DNA of 64,000 nt. It comes from Takakia lepidozioides. Its lineage: Eukaryota; Plantae; Bryophyta. Positions 50,870 through 64,000 of the stretch are shown in pieces (position 1 is the stretch's first letter; each line of letters begins with the position of its first letter). A program made the translations under genes and the position numbers. The notes below the pieces were generated by a model that worked only from the letters and a program-made list of their open reading frames with translations, did not search any database and had not been told where the DNA came from. Where the stretch lies: positions 10,354,001-10,418,000 of the forward strand of contig CM060733.1 of assembly GCA_030704615.1 (NCBI GenBank), written 5' to 3'.

Positions 50870-51799
50870 ACTGCTCCCTAGGGTGCAGTTTCAACCCATG
50901 CGCTCTCAAGCGCTCAAACACTATCTGAAGGTGTTTCTCGTGCTCCTCAATCGTAGCACTTAAGATGATGATGTCATCAATGTAGCACCGGGCAAAGTAT
51001 AGCCCCGCAAGAATCCTATCCATGACCCTCTGAAATTCTGCAAGAGCATTCTTCAACCCAAACGGTAGGAACCGCCATTGGTACAAGCAATCCTTCCCAT
51101 ATTGGTCAACCCCCCAGAATGTCGTCTTTTGCTTGTCAGCCTCTTTGATTGGTAACTGGTGGTAACCGGATCGCAAGTCCAGGACGGTAGTCCCCACACA
51201 TCCTCTTTTCTGTTCAATTGCCATAGATATCCTTCTTAGCTAACATCACCGTTGTCGAGGCATACTCCCCGCCTAACAACTCCACCAATCCAGCTTTGAA
51301 CAACTCCATAGTCCGTGACTGGATCAAAGACCTCTCCATATCACTGTACCTGTAGGGCCTTCAAAAAATTGGCGTGTCACTTGCCAAATCAATACGAATC
51401 TCCTGGCCCTTCATACTCCCAAAATCCTTCAAATCGAAGGCAAATCAATTTCTATAAGCCCTTAGAAATCGCTAGATCCTCCGCTTGAGTCTCCTCCGGT
51501 GACTGTAGGTCCAACATCTGGTTCCCAGTTGTCCTCAGTGACTGCAACCTTGGGTACACCAGGCTTGGAAGTAGGAGACGAATCCTTTGGTTGCTAGATA
51601 ACAACCTCTTGGGCTTTATCCGCCCACCTTGACCGTGGCGTAGCCTCCACTTGCTCCGCCATAGCCACCTTGAGAACATCTTCTGGGGAAGAAACATTCT
51701 CAACCGCTTCAAGAGATTGTTTTCTTTTGTTATTTGCTGCTGGGTCTTCTGGATCTTCCTCCTTGTCTCTTTTTTTTAGCTTCTTCATCTGCAATTGTA

Positions 51800-52850
51800 T
51801 ATGGCGGATCTCATGCGCCTGTTTATGGAGTCAAAAGCTCTCAATCATTTCTTAGTTGATACAAGAGGTTCCAAATTTCAAGAAGTATGTGGACAGATAT
51901 ATAATTGACGAGAACGACAGGCTGATCGGACAGACATACATGCATATTTTTTGATTTTATGTTGATGGTGAGAGATGGCCAGTGATGAAATACAAGAAAT
52001 CGGGTACCGACGCTGACTGGCTTCCAAAAGAGGGTGCTGTGAAAATGTGGAAGGTGCAAGACGGGAGGTCTCCCCTTCTCCCAAAGAGGGACCCAGACCC
52101 TGTTCCACTTAAGCCTATTTGGGAAGGTAAGAGTGAAGGGGAGTCTTGTGAGAAAAATGTCCATATTGTGAATGGTATATCTAAGTATCGTGAATTTTGG
52201 AAACGCGGAATGGAGCTGGACAACAACTATGGAGCCATCATGAGAACTTTGATGAATATTGGAAGGATATTCTAGTGGAACTTGGCAAACCTTTGCCACC
52301 TCCCAAATGACAAGCTTCAGGAAGGGTTATGGCCTTCAACCTGTTGGAAGGAAAATCATGAAAGAGGTGGGATTAGGGTTGAAAATGATGAAGAGGCGGA
52401 AGAGGAGGAGGATGTGAATCAGATGGATCCCTATTGTGGACCACGGAGCCAAAAGCCTAAGGAGCCAATGAACCCCTTCAAGGACGTTGAGGTTGGAAAT
52501 TTCGTTATTGTTCGGCCAGCAAACACTGAGACATATCCAGTCTGGATGGGTGTGACAATTTCAGAGGTCGTTCGGGACAAATCGAGTCCTTAGTATCGCA
52601 AAGTCCATGTAGAGTGGTGGAGACCTAAAGGTAGCACAACCGACGATGTGGAGATATATAGAAATTGTTGGAGTAGAGTTTAGGAGTTCAACCCGTCTGA
52701 TCCACCAACCTGGATTCACACGAACAACGTTTTGTGGACGATGCGTCATCGTAAGAATACCTCCAAGTCAAGATGCAAACGTATTTGGAAAGATGGAGGC
52801 ACAGAAAGTGAAAGGAAATCTGTACGCTGCGAAGGACACAGACAAATAGC
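51800..52850 (+). pseudogene. C-terminal part of a DNA transposase, probably Sola-related (DUF7869-like)
   Basis: QEVPNFKKYV...LIGQTYMHIF*FYVDGERWPVMKYK...W.P..GAVKMWK; later VGNFVIVRP...YPVWMG...VHVEWWRP. Family recalled from similar proteins, not searched. Confidence 0.5.
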
Positions 52851-52919
52851 ATGAAAATATCTAGTAGTAGTCTAGTACGCTGCGAACGAGCAAACTGAGC
52901 ATGATGAAGCCCATTCTAG

Positions 52920-53990
52920 AGCCACGGGAGACCTCCCGTGGTATAATGGCATTATGATTTAGATTTTTCGACTGCTCCACGTTCAACCTTTCGAAAACGC
53001 AAAGTATCTCTCTACCAGATTGCCATTTAGATGTTTGACAGATGAGAACGGGAGATCTCTCATGGTGTAATAATGTCCACATAACTAGGATTTTTTCTTC
53101 TCCTCCAGATTCAACACGTCGGATATGCAATGTACATATCTGATGTTAGGAAATACATTTCAAGGTGTTGGATAGAAGAGAACGAGAGATCTCCGTGGTG
53201 TAATAATGTCCACAGAACATAGACTTTTTTCTTCTCCTCGAGTTTCAACATTTCGGAGATGCAATGTACATGTTAGGAAATGCATTTCAGGTGTGGTTTC
53301 CTTTGTATGCTAGTCGGGGATTCCTGGACAATTTCTGAGTGCATTTCTAGAGTTTGTGAGTATTACTAGGATTTATATGGCTTGGACGATATTAAATTGA
53401 TAATGTGTTAACTGCTTCATCCTGTGGCTGAAATTGAGTACCCAGTGGAACTAGTGGGCCGCTGGGATTCCCGCTTGTCGGACTTCCTCCGAAGGTCATC
53501 TCAACCTCCGGGCATCGGCCATACATCGGGGAGCCTTCTAGGGCATTGGAATCCCCTGCGTCCCAGTGGTTCCATATTACGTAGTGCACGGGAGGTCTCA
53601 TGTTCATCAATGACCACAATGTGATTTGTGAACATGATATTTTTTTTTTCTACTCCTATGTCAATTATATTTCCAATTCAGAGCTGAATATCTTTAGCCA
53701 ATTTCTAGCACTTGCATTGATTGCTAATATATGATATGGTTTCGTGGATTTTACTCGTTTCATGCACAAAGTGCACGGGAGATCTCCCTTACTCAATTGC
53801 CTTATGATTATCGAATGTTATTTTTTCAATAATAATTCCCAAAAGTTGAATTTTATTGTATTAAAATTGATTTTAATACAATTTTAATTTTAATTTTTTT
53901 TTATCACTTTCTGCTATTTATGAAAAGTCTAGATTTCATGTTTTAGTCCAGATTTAATTAAAACCTAGTTTTTTGTGCAATGTCAGTGGA
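52920..53990. repeat. Subterminal ACGGGAGA(C/T)CTC motif region / probable transposon end
   Basis: Copies at about 52924, 53047, 53181, 53586 and 53773; AT-rich; inverted similarity to 15083-15102. Confidence 0.5.
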
Positions 53991-54368
53991 AAGAAATCAT
54001 GGGTTTTGCAGTGTGCCGCAAGGTTGAGAGTGAGAAAATACCTTAGTATAACCAAATGACCCTATTGTTGCTCCATACAACACTTCCCCAAAGGGTTTCC
54101 ATGGATGCTACATATCTGATGCTGCAAATCGATGACGCGGGTGGGTGTATCTTGTAGTTTGTTATAAGTCTTAACATATAGTTTGCTTCTTATCACGACT
54201 TAAAAGAGAAGCACAATTGTTTAATATTCTTAATGGGTACCCATCCTACTGTCAATCCTTCTCACTTAACTTTTCCGGATAAAAGATACCCATTGGGTTT
54301 TTTTTTTTTTTTTTTCGTGAGTTCAATGGAACAAAGAATTTGAGATGTGTGTATATAGAAGAACACAA

Positions 54369-54881
54369 CCCCAAGGCTTCCCACGACTCTTACCACAAAG
54401 GCCTCAGCCCCACAGCGAGTCCTATGCCACCCTCAACTACGACTCCCTACGCTACGACCACCTCACTGCAACCCGATTGCGGGGCTCCATATAGTGAGGA
54501 TCTGTGCCCTCTTGAGTGCCTTAGGTACTCGAGGGTCGTTTAGCCCCCACTCCCACTGTTACCGCTGTCAGTTGAGTGCGAGATCGTCCATGTGATTGGC
54601 CTCACCATGGGGTTGGGCAAGACCAAGCGAAAGCGGAATGGTTCGAAAGCCGATGAACGTAATGAGTCTGGTGGGGACAACACAATGTAGGAGCAGCGAG
54701 GCCAACTAAATGACCTTAAAAGGGCGAAGGTCCTCATTATGTGGAGCCCTGCAACTGCGTTGTGGTGGGGGCTCCGAGTGGCGAGGTGGTCATAGCATAT
54801 GGAGTTGTAGTGGGAGTGACATATGACTCATGTACTGAGGGGCTGAGGCTTTTGTGATGGGAGTTGCGGGGAGCCTTGGGG
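54369..54881. repeat. Diverged inverted repeat (~130-150 bp arms)
   Basis: 54369-54500 matches the reverse complement of 54732-54881 (CCCCAAGGCT...GCCTCAGCCCC...GACCACCTC...GGGCTCCA). Confidence 0.6.
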
Positions 54882-56583
54882 CTCACTGCAATCCATTGGG
54901 GGCCATGGTAGGTGGGCCAAGACTCACCGCAATTCATCACAGGGAGTCGAGGTTCATGATGGTGGTTCACCAAAAAAATTTTGGGCTGTTTGTGAGCCCC
55001 GTCAACACCTTCACAAGTTTATGTAGAGAGTAGTAACCCCGAGAACGGTCCAAGCTCGTTAAACAATCAAAACTAGTAAAGCAAGCGAGCGAGGTGAGAA
55101 CTTAGAAGTGACCAATGTGGGGAGGTAGTCCAGGACTGACTTCAACCCATATGAATTTCCACCTTATCCGAGTGATTGGGGGTTATATGAGGGGGACCGT
55201 TATGCCCCTGTGAGCAACCGAAGCTCCAAGTTGGCTTGGCGGCCAATTTGGGAATTAGGCACGCGCACCAAAGTGAGTAACTATGACTTGAAGACGAAGA
55301 TGAGTTTACCGAAGTGAGTTGCGCAAAACACTCTCTGATAGGATGGCACGACAGTTTTTGACATGTCAAATTTTCCCCACCCTTTATCTGAGTAACATGG
55401 AATTGAAGGGAGCGTAACTCCATTCACGGTTATATTAGGTTACATGCTAGGAATTGTCCATTCGGGGTTACGCTAGGTTACATAGCGGAGAGTATAACTC
55501 CACTCGGGATGAAATTGGGTTATTGGAAGGGAGTGTAGCTCTAATCGGTGTAACTTGCATCCGATCTCAAAATTTGACCAAGTCCAAATTTGGCTAAGAA
55601 TAAAATGGACTACGAGGAGTTATACAAAACGTAGATGCAGGGTGACACTACCCAAGGTTACACTGGTTGGACCCAATGTCTAGCGAGAATAAAGAGGTGA
55701 CAGGGCTAGAAAAGTGGCTATGCAACAGGTGACACGTTCTAATAGGTCCACATAGGCAAAATTAGGCTCATGAAATTCAACTACTGCCAACGCTTTCTGG
55801 CAATTTTTTTAATTTTTTACCCCCTAATTCCTTTGTACAAATAGCTGACCCATTTTCCAGGTCAAGGCGATTTTTCGCCAGAAATAAAAACACTGCGCGT
55901 CAGCTGGTAAGTGCACAGTGTGTTGCCCTGGTGGTTCGGGGTTCAAAACCCGCTGCCCTGTCTGGTGTGTGGATCGTTCGTGACCGGTTGGTCTGGTAGT
56001 GACGTTTCCACCTGTGTGCCGAATGGCCCATAAATGAAGAGGGCTTAATTTTTCTCCCTCCTCAAGGGCCTGAATTGTGAGCAGTCGCTCGCAGGTTTCC
56101 CAAAAAAATAAAAACACTGAATTAGTTTTGAACACTGGGGTCTCATGTCTCATCTCTTTAAATAAAAAAAATAATAAAAAAAAATAAAAAATAAAAAAAA
56201 ACACTGAACTGCTCAATTTTGTTGGCAAATTGAGGAGCAGCAGGCATCCTCCCGCCACTGACCAAGACAATTCCTCCAAAAGTTTCATCCAATTCCAATT
56301 CCGATTCCAATTCCTTATCGCTAACCCTAATCTTGTCTCTCTGTTTTTGCAGAGATGGAGTCTGGACTAATGTCGGTTGGGATCATTTGTAGTTCATGCA
56401 GCTACGCAAACATAGTGCATTTCATATGCATCTTGTAGGAGCAGGAGGAACTGTCTCCACAACTTTTAGGTATCCCCTATCGAAGTCGCGGAATTTATGG
56501 TGGTATCAGTTCGAATAAGCTCTGGAGATTGTGTTTTTTGACGCGTGTTTGAGCACAAACGAGGGGCATCCCTTCCCTGCGAG

Positions 56584-59500
56584 ATGGGAAGGGCCAAGGG
56601 CGATCCAGCGCGCAGCAAGCTGCGGCCTTCTAGCAGCAGGTATGTGCCTCAGTTTTCTGCCAGACTTTATATATATCGAACTTCAAACCAGCTTTAGCCA
56701 TTGAACCTGTGAATGACGATAGCTATTTCGAAATCAACGACGTCCCGTCTGTTTGATTCAGCTCCACTCCAGCTGGTCTTCTATATCAAGAAGATCACTC
56801 AGTCCGTGGGTGTGTGGTATTTAAATATTGTGAGACTCTAGGGTGACTACAATTAGACCTCTCCAGAATTTGTCCCTCTGTCTCTCCTGGCATGTGTCTT
56901 TTGCCATGACCAAAGATTACTACTCACAAGGATTCTCCTTATCCTTACCTTTCTGCTCAGGCTATGTGTAGGAGGTTGAGGCAACCGCATTCCTATGAGC
57001 ACATGTATTGCAGGAGCTTCAATGATTTAGTGGGTGGCTTGTGCAGCTCGGCAGCTTCGCTGCTACAGGTGCCTGGGGCAGCAGCTGTTGGATTTGGAGG
57101 CTATGTTGGGAGCACTCGTGTCGACATTGGATCTTCATTTGAGGGAGACATGCCCTTGGTACAATTTAACCTGCTCCTTGTTTGGAAACGTTATGGCCAA
57201 TGAAGAACCAGTTAACTTGTCTTTTAAAGTATCTGCGACTACATCTGCATGAGGCCGCGCATGCACTTGTCAATGCTGTGATAGCCGTGTGCAGGCATAT
57301 ACTGTGATGTGGCAATTTGTGCAACTGTGCAGTGTTGGGTTCAAGTCTTGAGATTAGTAACACTGCAGTCAAATTTATTCTTGTCCAACACCTATCCTTT
57401 GTGTAGATACTAGGTTGAGCTTCGCAGCCTACATGAGAAAACCATGTTGATGAAATGTGGGTACCTGGGTGTTCAGAATGTTGACGGTGAGGCTGCTCTA
57501 CATTTAAGGAGGCTTTCTAAGAAAGATCCAACTACGAAGGTGACGTCTTTGCCATCACGTACTTATAAGACTGCTCTCTGTAAAGTCATGGCAACACACG
57601 AAATACTTATTTGGACAGAGGAGAACAAGGGAAATGGGAGGAAAAGGAAAAAAGGGCCTAGGCTGAGTAATGCTGGTTAGGACTAAATTTTGTTGATTGT
57701 TGCAGCTTAAGGCAATTGCAGCCTTGAGGGAATTTTTCAAGGAGCATACGATCAATGAAGTATCTTCACTTCTTCCCAATTGGGTAGGTTGGATCAGTTA
57801 GTGTGCTCTTTGACCCCAACATGCTGACTCCATTCTTGTGTAACTATCAATTCTTCTGCTTCCTGTTTGCAGTCATATATCTTGAAAGGCTAATCCTTTT
57901 TTGGCCTCCTGTCTTGCTTTTTGGATTGATGTGTAATGAGGCAGGTGGTTAGTTCCCAGCATACTATTCTGACCAGCAGTGTCGGTTTGGACAGGTTTTT
58001 GAATATAAGAGGCTAGCGCAGGACAATAGCCGGCAGGTGCGGGAGAGTGCCCATGGTGCCATGGCTGACCTTGCCTCCAATATTGGGTTTGCCCCTCTTC
58101 CATGTGTAATGCCAAACTCATAGAGACAAATGGTAACAGATGACAAGAAGGGATGAAGGAAATATTGGGGGAAAGTGGCGGCTTTTATGTGCTTCAAATA
58201 TGATTTCAATGTGTGCATGATCTACTTGATTGCAGGCTACAATCCCTGTTAAAGTTGGGCAAACAGTTATGATGTATGGTTGATGCTGGAATTTGACTGA
58301 AAAATTTCCGTTTCTTTGGATGTTGTAAGCATATTTAAGCTCCTTGGAGAATTCCAATGCCAGACCTAACAGAATGCTACTGACTGAAGATCTTACAATT
58401 AAAATAACATAGAAGCTGGCCCAGTAGGAGTGCCATATGTTTCGTAAGTCCCCTCTGTTTTCCTCTTCCTCTCTTGCTTTGTGTGTTGTTGAGCTGTGGG
58501 CCCAACAATAGCTTTTGGTTCAAAGTTGAAAGGTCTGGCTAATTCTGGGGTGGGCACAGGCGAGGGCTGGCCCCTCAGTTGCGATCATTGATGGGGGCGT
58601 GGTGGGTGGCCCAGTTTGATCCCTCACATGAAGTTGCGGAAGCTGCTCAACACTCCTTTCAGGTTGACTGGTTTTAGCTTCATTTTGTTCACCATTGGTC
58701 TTGGGATCTTGTCAAATTTAGTCCTAACTTGAGTTGTTCCTGATATGCACTTTCAAAGGGGACAAGTGGTTTGTTAGAGTCTATAGAGCTACATTTGTTC
58801 CAACCCTTGCAATCCCTCTCTGTTCTGTTGAAGATGGGTATTTAGTGAGAGGCCATAGAGCAACACTAACCATAGCAGTATGCACACAGGTAGCATTCGC
58901 AGGGCAGCGGAAGAGGGTGGAGGCACTTATATTTTGTGTGAATGACATAGTCACCCATCTAGATGAAAATCTGAAGCTGACTCCTCAGTCAATGTCTGAG
59001 AAAACGACTCCCATTGAAGAAGCTACTGAGAAACATGAGAGAGTAAGTATGGTGTAGAGGTTCAGACTTACTTTCTCAGTTTCTGCATCTTGCTGTTAAA
59101 CATCTTGTTTCAATATATGTGCTTCAGCTGCTCTTGATGTTACTTCCATACATTTGATGGCAGTGGGAAATGAAAAGTCTTGTATGCAAACCTAGTAAGA
59201 AGTCACCCTGTGAGCTGTGAGGGAAAGCATAATTCACAACTCTGTGCTTGTCAGACTTCCCTGGATATGGTCCAGATGGCTCCTAGAAAAGGTCATGCTT
59301 TTGATTGTTCTTCATTTGGTTAGCTGCAAGGTTGGTTGCTTTGGGAAACCGGGGTAGGGAAAAATGGAATGTACAGGTGGAGCAGGATTTCAATGGATTG
59401 CTTGTTGTGCAGATTATATCATCTTCTCTGCTTGCACTGGCAGCACTACTTGATGTATTAGTAGGTGGAACTGCCTCTTTTATGAGAGAGAGATCTATAC

Positions 59501-62500
59501 CGGACGACTCAGATAGTGATGGTGTTACAAAGGCAAGAGCAACAGCGAAAGAGGCTGCTGCAAACCTCTTCTCTAGCCACAAGTTCCTCCAGAGTTTTAT
59601 AAAGTCTCGAAGCCCTCAAGTTCGATCAGCTGCTTACCAGACCTTGCGAGCATATGTCCAGCACATTCCACAGGTGGGTTTCCTCTCCTGTTGTGTGTTG
59701 GCATTTTGACTGTGGTTAAAGTAACGTGGCAGAAGTTGGGAGCTCCAGGTGATGGGTTCTAAGGACCAGTTTTTATTTGAAATGTTGGTTGTATTATGGG
59801 CATGATGTTGTATATAACGGGCAGAAATAGATTTTCGGGACCCGTGTTTCTCCCTCAAGTGAATGCTGGCAAAAATATTTTATGGCTACCCAGGATTTAT
59901 CGCCATGGAGACCATTCTTTAATTGCAATCAAGGCAAGGGATAAGTGGGTTGCTGCATTTTATACAATGCTATCACAGCCTTGAGTACATTTGAGGTCAT
60001 GTCTACATGCGACTTCAAATGGGTGTATTCATGACATTGTCCTCCCTCATTTCTAAATCCCAATTCTAGGTGGACGCCACAAGTGAAGCGACCCTAAGGC
60101 CCTTTAAATGTGCTTGAGGCCTCATCCCCCAGGATAGCGACTGTGGTTGCAATCAGACAGGGGTACTGAGTTTCAGCTCTTCAAGCTATTTTGCAGACCT
60201 TTCAGCTGGCTTGAGTGAGGTTTTGAAAGCTGGAAAGTATTGAGGCAACCCGCACTGTTCCTGAGATTTCCTATGCTTACTACAACCATCTATGTTTCCC
60301 TCAATTTGTGAATGGATGTATTCTCCAGGTTGTCGCAACTGGTGGGGATTTTGACACCATTGTGGGATCTGTATTGGGAGCCTTGGGGGAAAAAGATGCA
60401 GCGTGCCATCAATCCATGTGGGACATGATCCTGCTTTTTGCCAGGGGTTTCCCTGAAGCTTGGGCCTGTGGATGTGTCCGAAAGGCAGTGTTCCCCAGAC
60501 TCTGGGGGTTTTTACGGCATGGCTGTTTTGGGTCACAGCAAGTTTCATATCCATATCTTCTTCCCCTTCTTTCTCTCATTCCACCACGTTTTATGTCTCC
60601 CTCCCAAGGCTTCTTCATTGAGTTTTTTGGTAGCCTCTGGGAAGGCCGGAGTGTGTGTGCATTGGCATCTGGTGATCTTCGTGCACTGTTGCAAGCTGTG
60701 AAAGAATGTTTCCTCTGGGTAGTCACAAATGCCAAAAGGTGAGAAACTTCCTCCCTACTTTCCCTTTGATGATGCTCACTTTATATAAATGTGAGATAGT
60801 CTGCTGTTTGTGAATTCCATTGTGAGTTGATGTTCTGCTGGACTGTCAAATCTTGCTTTAGATGATTGGGAAGATGTTTTTGTGGCACCCATTGGCCTTA
60901 AGCAAGGATGATCTCGCAGTCTGCTCTCTCATTCTGTCAAATTAATTGGGGGATGGCCCAAAATACCTTCAAGAAAAGAAAATCCTTAACACAGCCTTGG
61001 CATGCCAAGAAAGACCATCCAGATAGGGTCACTGACGTTCCTGGCAACCTATTGGCATGAGGCACTTCATCTTCAGACATTGATTGATCTTTTTAGTGGT
61101 TTCTTGTTGTTATGCTTTGTCCCATGGGAACTTTGTCCCATTGTCCCTTGGGATGCTTCATTTCTTGCTTTCTCACTATGCTCAATTATGAAGACTAGAG
61201 GTGCTCAGCAGGTTACCTGCCTAATGCACTGTCTCCAAAATTTGCTAGCACAAACTGAGGGACTTTGGTATAGCTTTTGTATTTGGATGGTCTCTATTTT
61301 GAAAATCCCTTTTGGAACATTGGTTTGGTCCAGTCACCTTCATAAACTCAGGTTCTTCCGTCATTATACATTTCTGTATGGTACGGGCACTTGTCTTCTG
61401 ATCCTATTTAGAGGCAACATGTTTCATAATGTTTGGATGCTCCTTGCAGGTTTGCAGAAGAAGGGCTTAGCTCAGAAATGTGGCAGTCCTCACTGGTGGA
61501 GGCAGTGTTGTTGAAGCTTTTGTGGTACGATTATGTGGGCGCAGGAAGCCATAGACTTGTCCAATCTAAAGATGGACAGAGATTGTCAGTGGAAACCACT
61601 GGCAATCAAAGGGAAAAGGACGGTGTGAAACAGACCATAGATAACATTTCTACGCAGAGTGAATGCCAGGGAAGAGGGAGCGACCCCAAAGGAAATGACA
61701 AACTGCCATTAATCTTGTCCAGTCAATCTCTTCATGAAGTGGGTATCACCATAGTTGATATGTTGAGCTTGCTTTCGGACCAGGGTAGTTGGATACTGCA
61801 TTCCTTTTGGCCAGGTTTTCAGGCTGTCTGCCTGAGTATCATCCAAGAGGCTGGAAATTTGTGGAAGCTAGCAGCAGCAGATGATGGGCGGCTGACCCGG
61901 ATCGCAGATTTCTTCTCATTGCTACGCAGCAAAAGAGTAAAAGATGAGAGGACAAGTGGGAACTGGCCCTTAGTGGAAGCTGTTCGTCCCTTTGTTGCGA
62001 AGGCATTTCCAGTAATAAGGTTTTCGGTAAGTCTTGATCTCCATACTGTCCAAATGGAGGATGGCTTCTTCCCTTTATCTACCTTCGAGCTTTTTTGTTA
62101 GGAGTAGGTGGTGTAACTTGATTCGATTCCATGTTCCCATCTATTTGAGCTCATCTTTGTGAGAAGTGTCACTGTGACCATTGCTTATGTTCATGGCCAA
62201 TGATGGTTTATGACAGGGGAGCCCTGACAGCATAAATCTCCTTGCACAACTCACATCCTCCTATGGACCATCTGCATTTGAGCAAGCAGCTTCAGATAAT
62301 GTCCAAGAGTTTTTTAAGAGTGAGCTGGTCCCATGGTGTCTAAAAGGGGACAGCAACCTCACAGCACCAAAAGTTGAGCTCCTTTTAGTATTCATTGAAA
62401 CTGATCAGTTCCAGGCAGAATGGGATTCCACACTTGCACATCTTACGGAATGGCGAGTGGAGAGAGACAAACAGGGACAAGAGATCCACATTGATGTAGC

Positions 62501-64000
62501 ACAGGTAGCTGTTCTAGCCACACTCACAGAGAAAGTGGGAGAAAGGTGGGCAAGGCTGGCAGACAAGGAGGTGTTCAAAGGACCGGCTACTGCAGTTGAG
62601 GGGTGGAGGTCTCCAAGAATTGATGGTGCAGCGATTGAAGTGGCATGCTGTAGTATTCTGCCTCATCCATCATGCCTTCGCCTTTTGAGGTCTCGGATTC
62701 ATGGATTAGCTTCTGATTTGCTGTGTGATGCTCTTGTTTGTAGCAGGAATGAACGGTCTGGGTTTAGGAATTCCAACAAGTGGAGAGGGAGTGCTGGCTA
62801 CTGACAGACTGATGGATGAACAAGTAGCATCAACAGTTCGAAAGTCAAGGTTAGATTGATGCATGAACATATAGACAGATAGGACATATGGATGGACACA
62901 TGAACAAAGGTGAAATAAGAGTTCCAACAGACCCAGACAACATCTCCAGAGATATAGGCAGAGACTGTGGGGACCGGGAGATGCAGTGAGATAGGACATG
63001 GGAAGACCAGTATCATGTGTTTGTTCATGCCTTGCAAGCCATGCCGAGCACTGTGTAGGCTCTTCACCTTTTTGTTCAATAATTGAAGGTGCAAAGCTAC
63101 CTTGGATGTGCAGGAGTGTGCTGGGAGGAGCATGCACTGGAGGAGACCTTCCTTTCTTGCTTTCCACCAAGGCTGCTGTGTGTGTTCTAGAGCAACTTTT
63201 AAAGCGAATGCTTACTGTACTAGCTGCCTCCAACTTACATTGGACCAAAGCAGTGCCTTCGTACATACTTTCCTTGGGAAATAATGCTGGCTCTCTTGAG
63301 GTTGATACCAAAGAAGAACCGACAGAAGAGATTTATGAACTGGCAAGGACTGCCTTGCAAATAGTCCGAGACTCAATAGTCTCGCTAAAGTTCCTGGACA
63401 GGGAATCTCAGGTTGGAACGCAGCTACTAGCTGCTGTCTTCTGCCTAGATTGGGCATTCTCAAAGTCTAGACTAGATACATTGGATGAAGTAGAAGAGGG
63501 GTATGAGACTGAAGAAGAAAACCTAGAAGAAATGGCTCCTGATAGAGGAGCTCAAATAGAGGTGACTATCAGTAGGGAAGCAGGCAACACTCTAGTTGTT
63601 GTGGGGCTTGACGCATCTACACAGTTGGAGCAGAGTCAAGCTTCCTTGGCTGAATGCTTGAAAACAGTGCGGGAGAGGGCCTCTCCCTTGTTTTGTCAAG
63701 GATTCAGCCCACTAAGCAGAGGGCAAGTGCGGTGGATTTTGGTCCAATGTGTGCGGCATGCTGTCTTTGAGGGAGGTTTTGAAAATGCCCATGTAACAGC
63801 AGCTGTTTGTGCTGCTTGGATGCGAGACATGGTGGACTATTTGTGTGTTCACGAGGATGAAGTCCAAGGGACAATAGCCTCGTGTCTTGCACCCAGCAGG
63901 TGTTGGCCTATCTGGACAACAGTTCCTCTTCTTGAAGACGACTTGTCACCCATACTGAAGTCTTCACATGAACTTACTACAGCTGAGGTTAGTGCTTCCA
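56584..64000 (+). CDS. LTN1: E3 ubiquitin-protein ligase listerin, 5' exons (runs off the window)
   Basis: MGRAKGDPARSKLRPSSSS|SAASLL...AVGFGGYVGS|VDGEAALHLRRLSKKDPTTK|LKAIAAL...W|VFEYKRLAQDNSRQVRE|KGLAPQLRSLMGAWWVAQFDP; GT-AG introns; matches the plant listerin N-terminus. Confidence 0.93.

Larger units (their letters stand above)
16141..51190 (-). mobile_element. Ty3/Gypsy retrotransposon 1 (5'-truncated, degenerate, split by nested insertions)
   Basis: RT 50880-51190 (LDLRSGYHQ, LPFGLKNA, YIDDIII); RT thumb 49880-50140; RNase H 17803-18318 (HTDWS, LVTDHQPLKWL); integrase 16938-17770 (SLDFAG, TDQ, AER); PHD tail (GEWLCPRC); PPT 16683-16692; terminal repeats 16141-16682. Confidence 0.9.

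Overview
Eukaryotic, intron-containing DNA, most consistent with a non-seed land plant (bryophyte-like; inferred from PLS/DYW PPR genes and an alpha/beta-hydrolase of the type found in hydrolase-NLRs). Two conserved host genes flank the window: the 3' exons of TASH3 (1-3953) and the 5' part of listerin/LTN1 (56584 to the end). Between them lie a PLS-PPR gene with a decayed DYW domain and a ~39-kb nest of transposons that can be resolved by terminal repeats, TSDs and re-joinable ORFs. From outside in: a possible Sola-like outer element; Ty3/Gypsy-1 (16141-51190); a TIR element with an 8-bp TSD carrying PPR fragments (18319-49879); Ty3/Gypsy-2 encoding a DNMT3-like C5 methyltransferase and a PHD finger (21823-47849); a 16.4-kb Mutator-like element with a 9-bp TSD (28238-44675); and a captured-fragment insert. 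Three observations stand out. (1) The MULE carries a second, spliced gene with a ParB/Srx-like domain and a beta-class N4C/N6A DNA-methyltransferase-like domain, plus four arrays of one GGCGCC-centred palindrome. (2) Both Gypsy elements have a 3' terminus of the form B-A-B; in Gypsy-2 the full arrangement is A...B-A-B split direct repeats with a palindromic GACA-GC-TGTC junction, a self-complementary PBS and no clear TSD, despite a DDE integrase. (3) Gypsy-2 carries a DNMT3-like domain. Apart from the DNMT3-like segment, the TE ORFs in these copies carry stops, frameshifts or deletions. All domain calls are by motif recognition; no searches were run.
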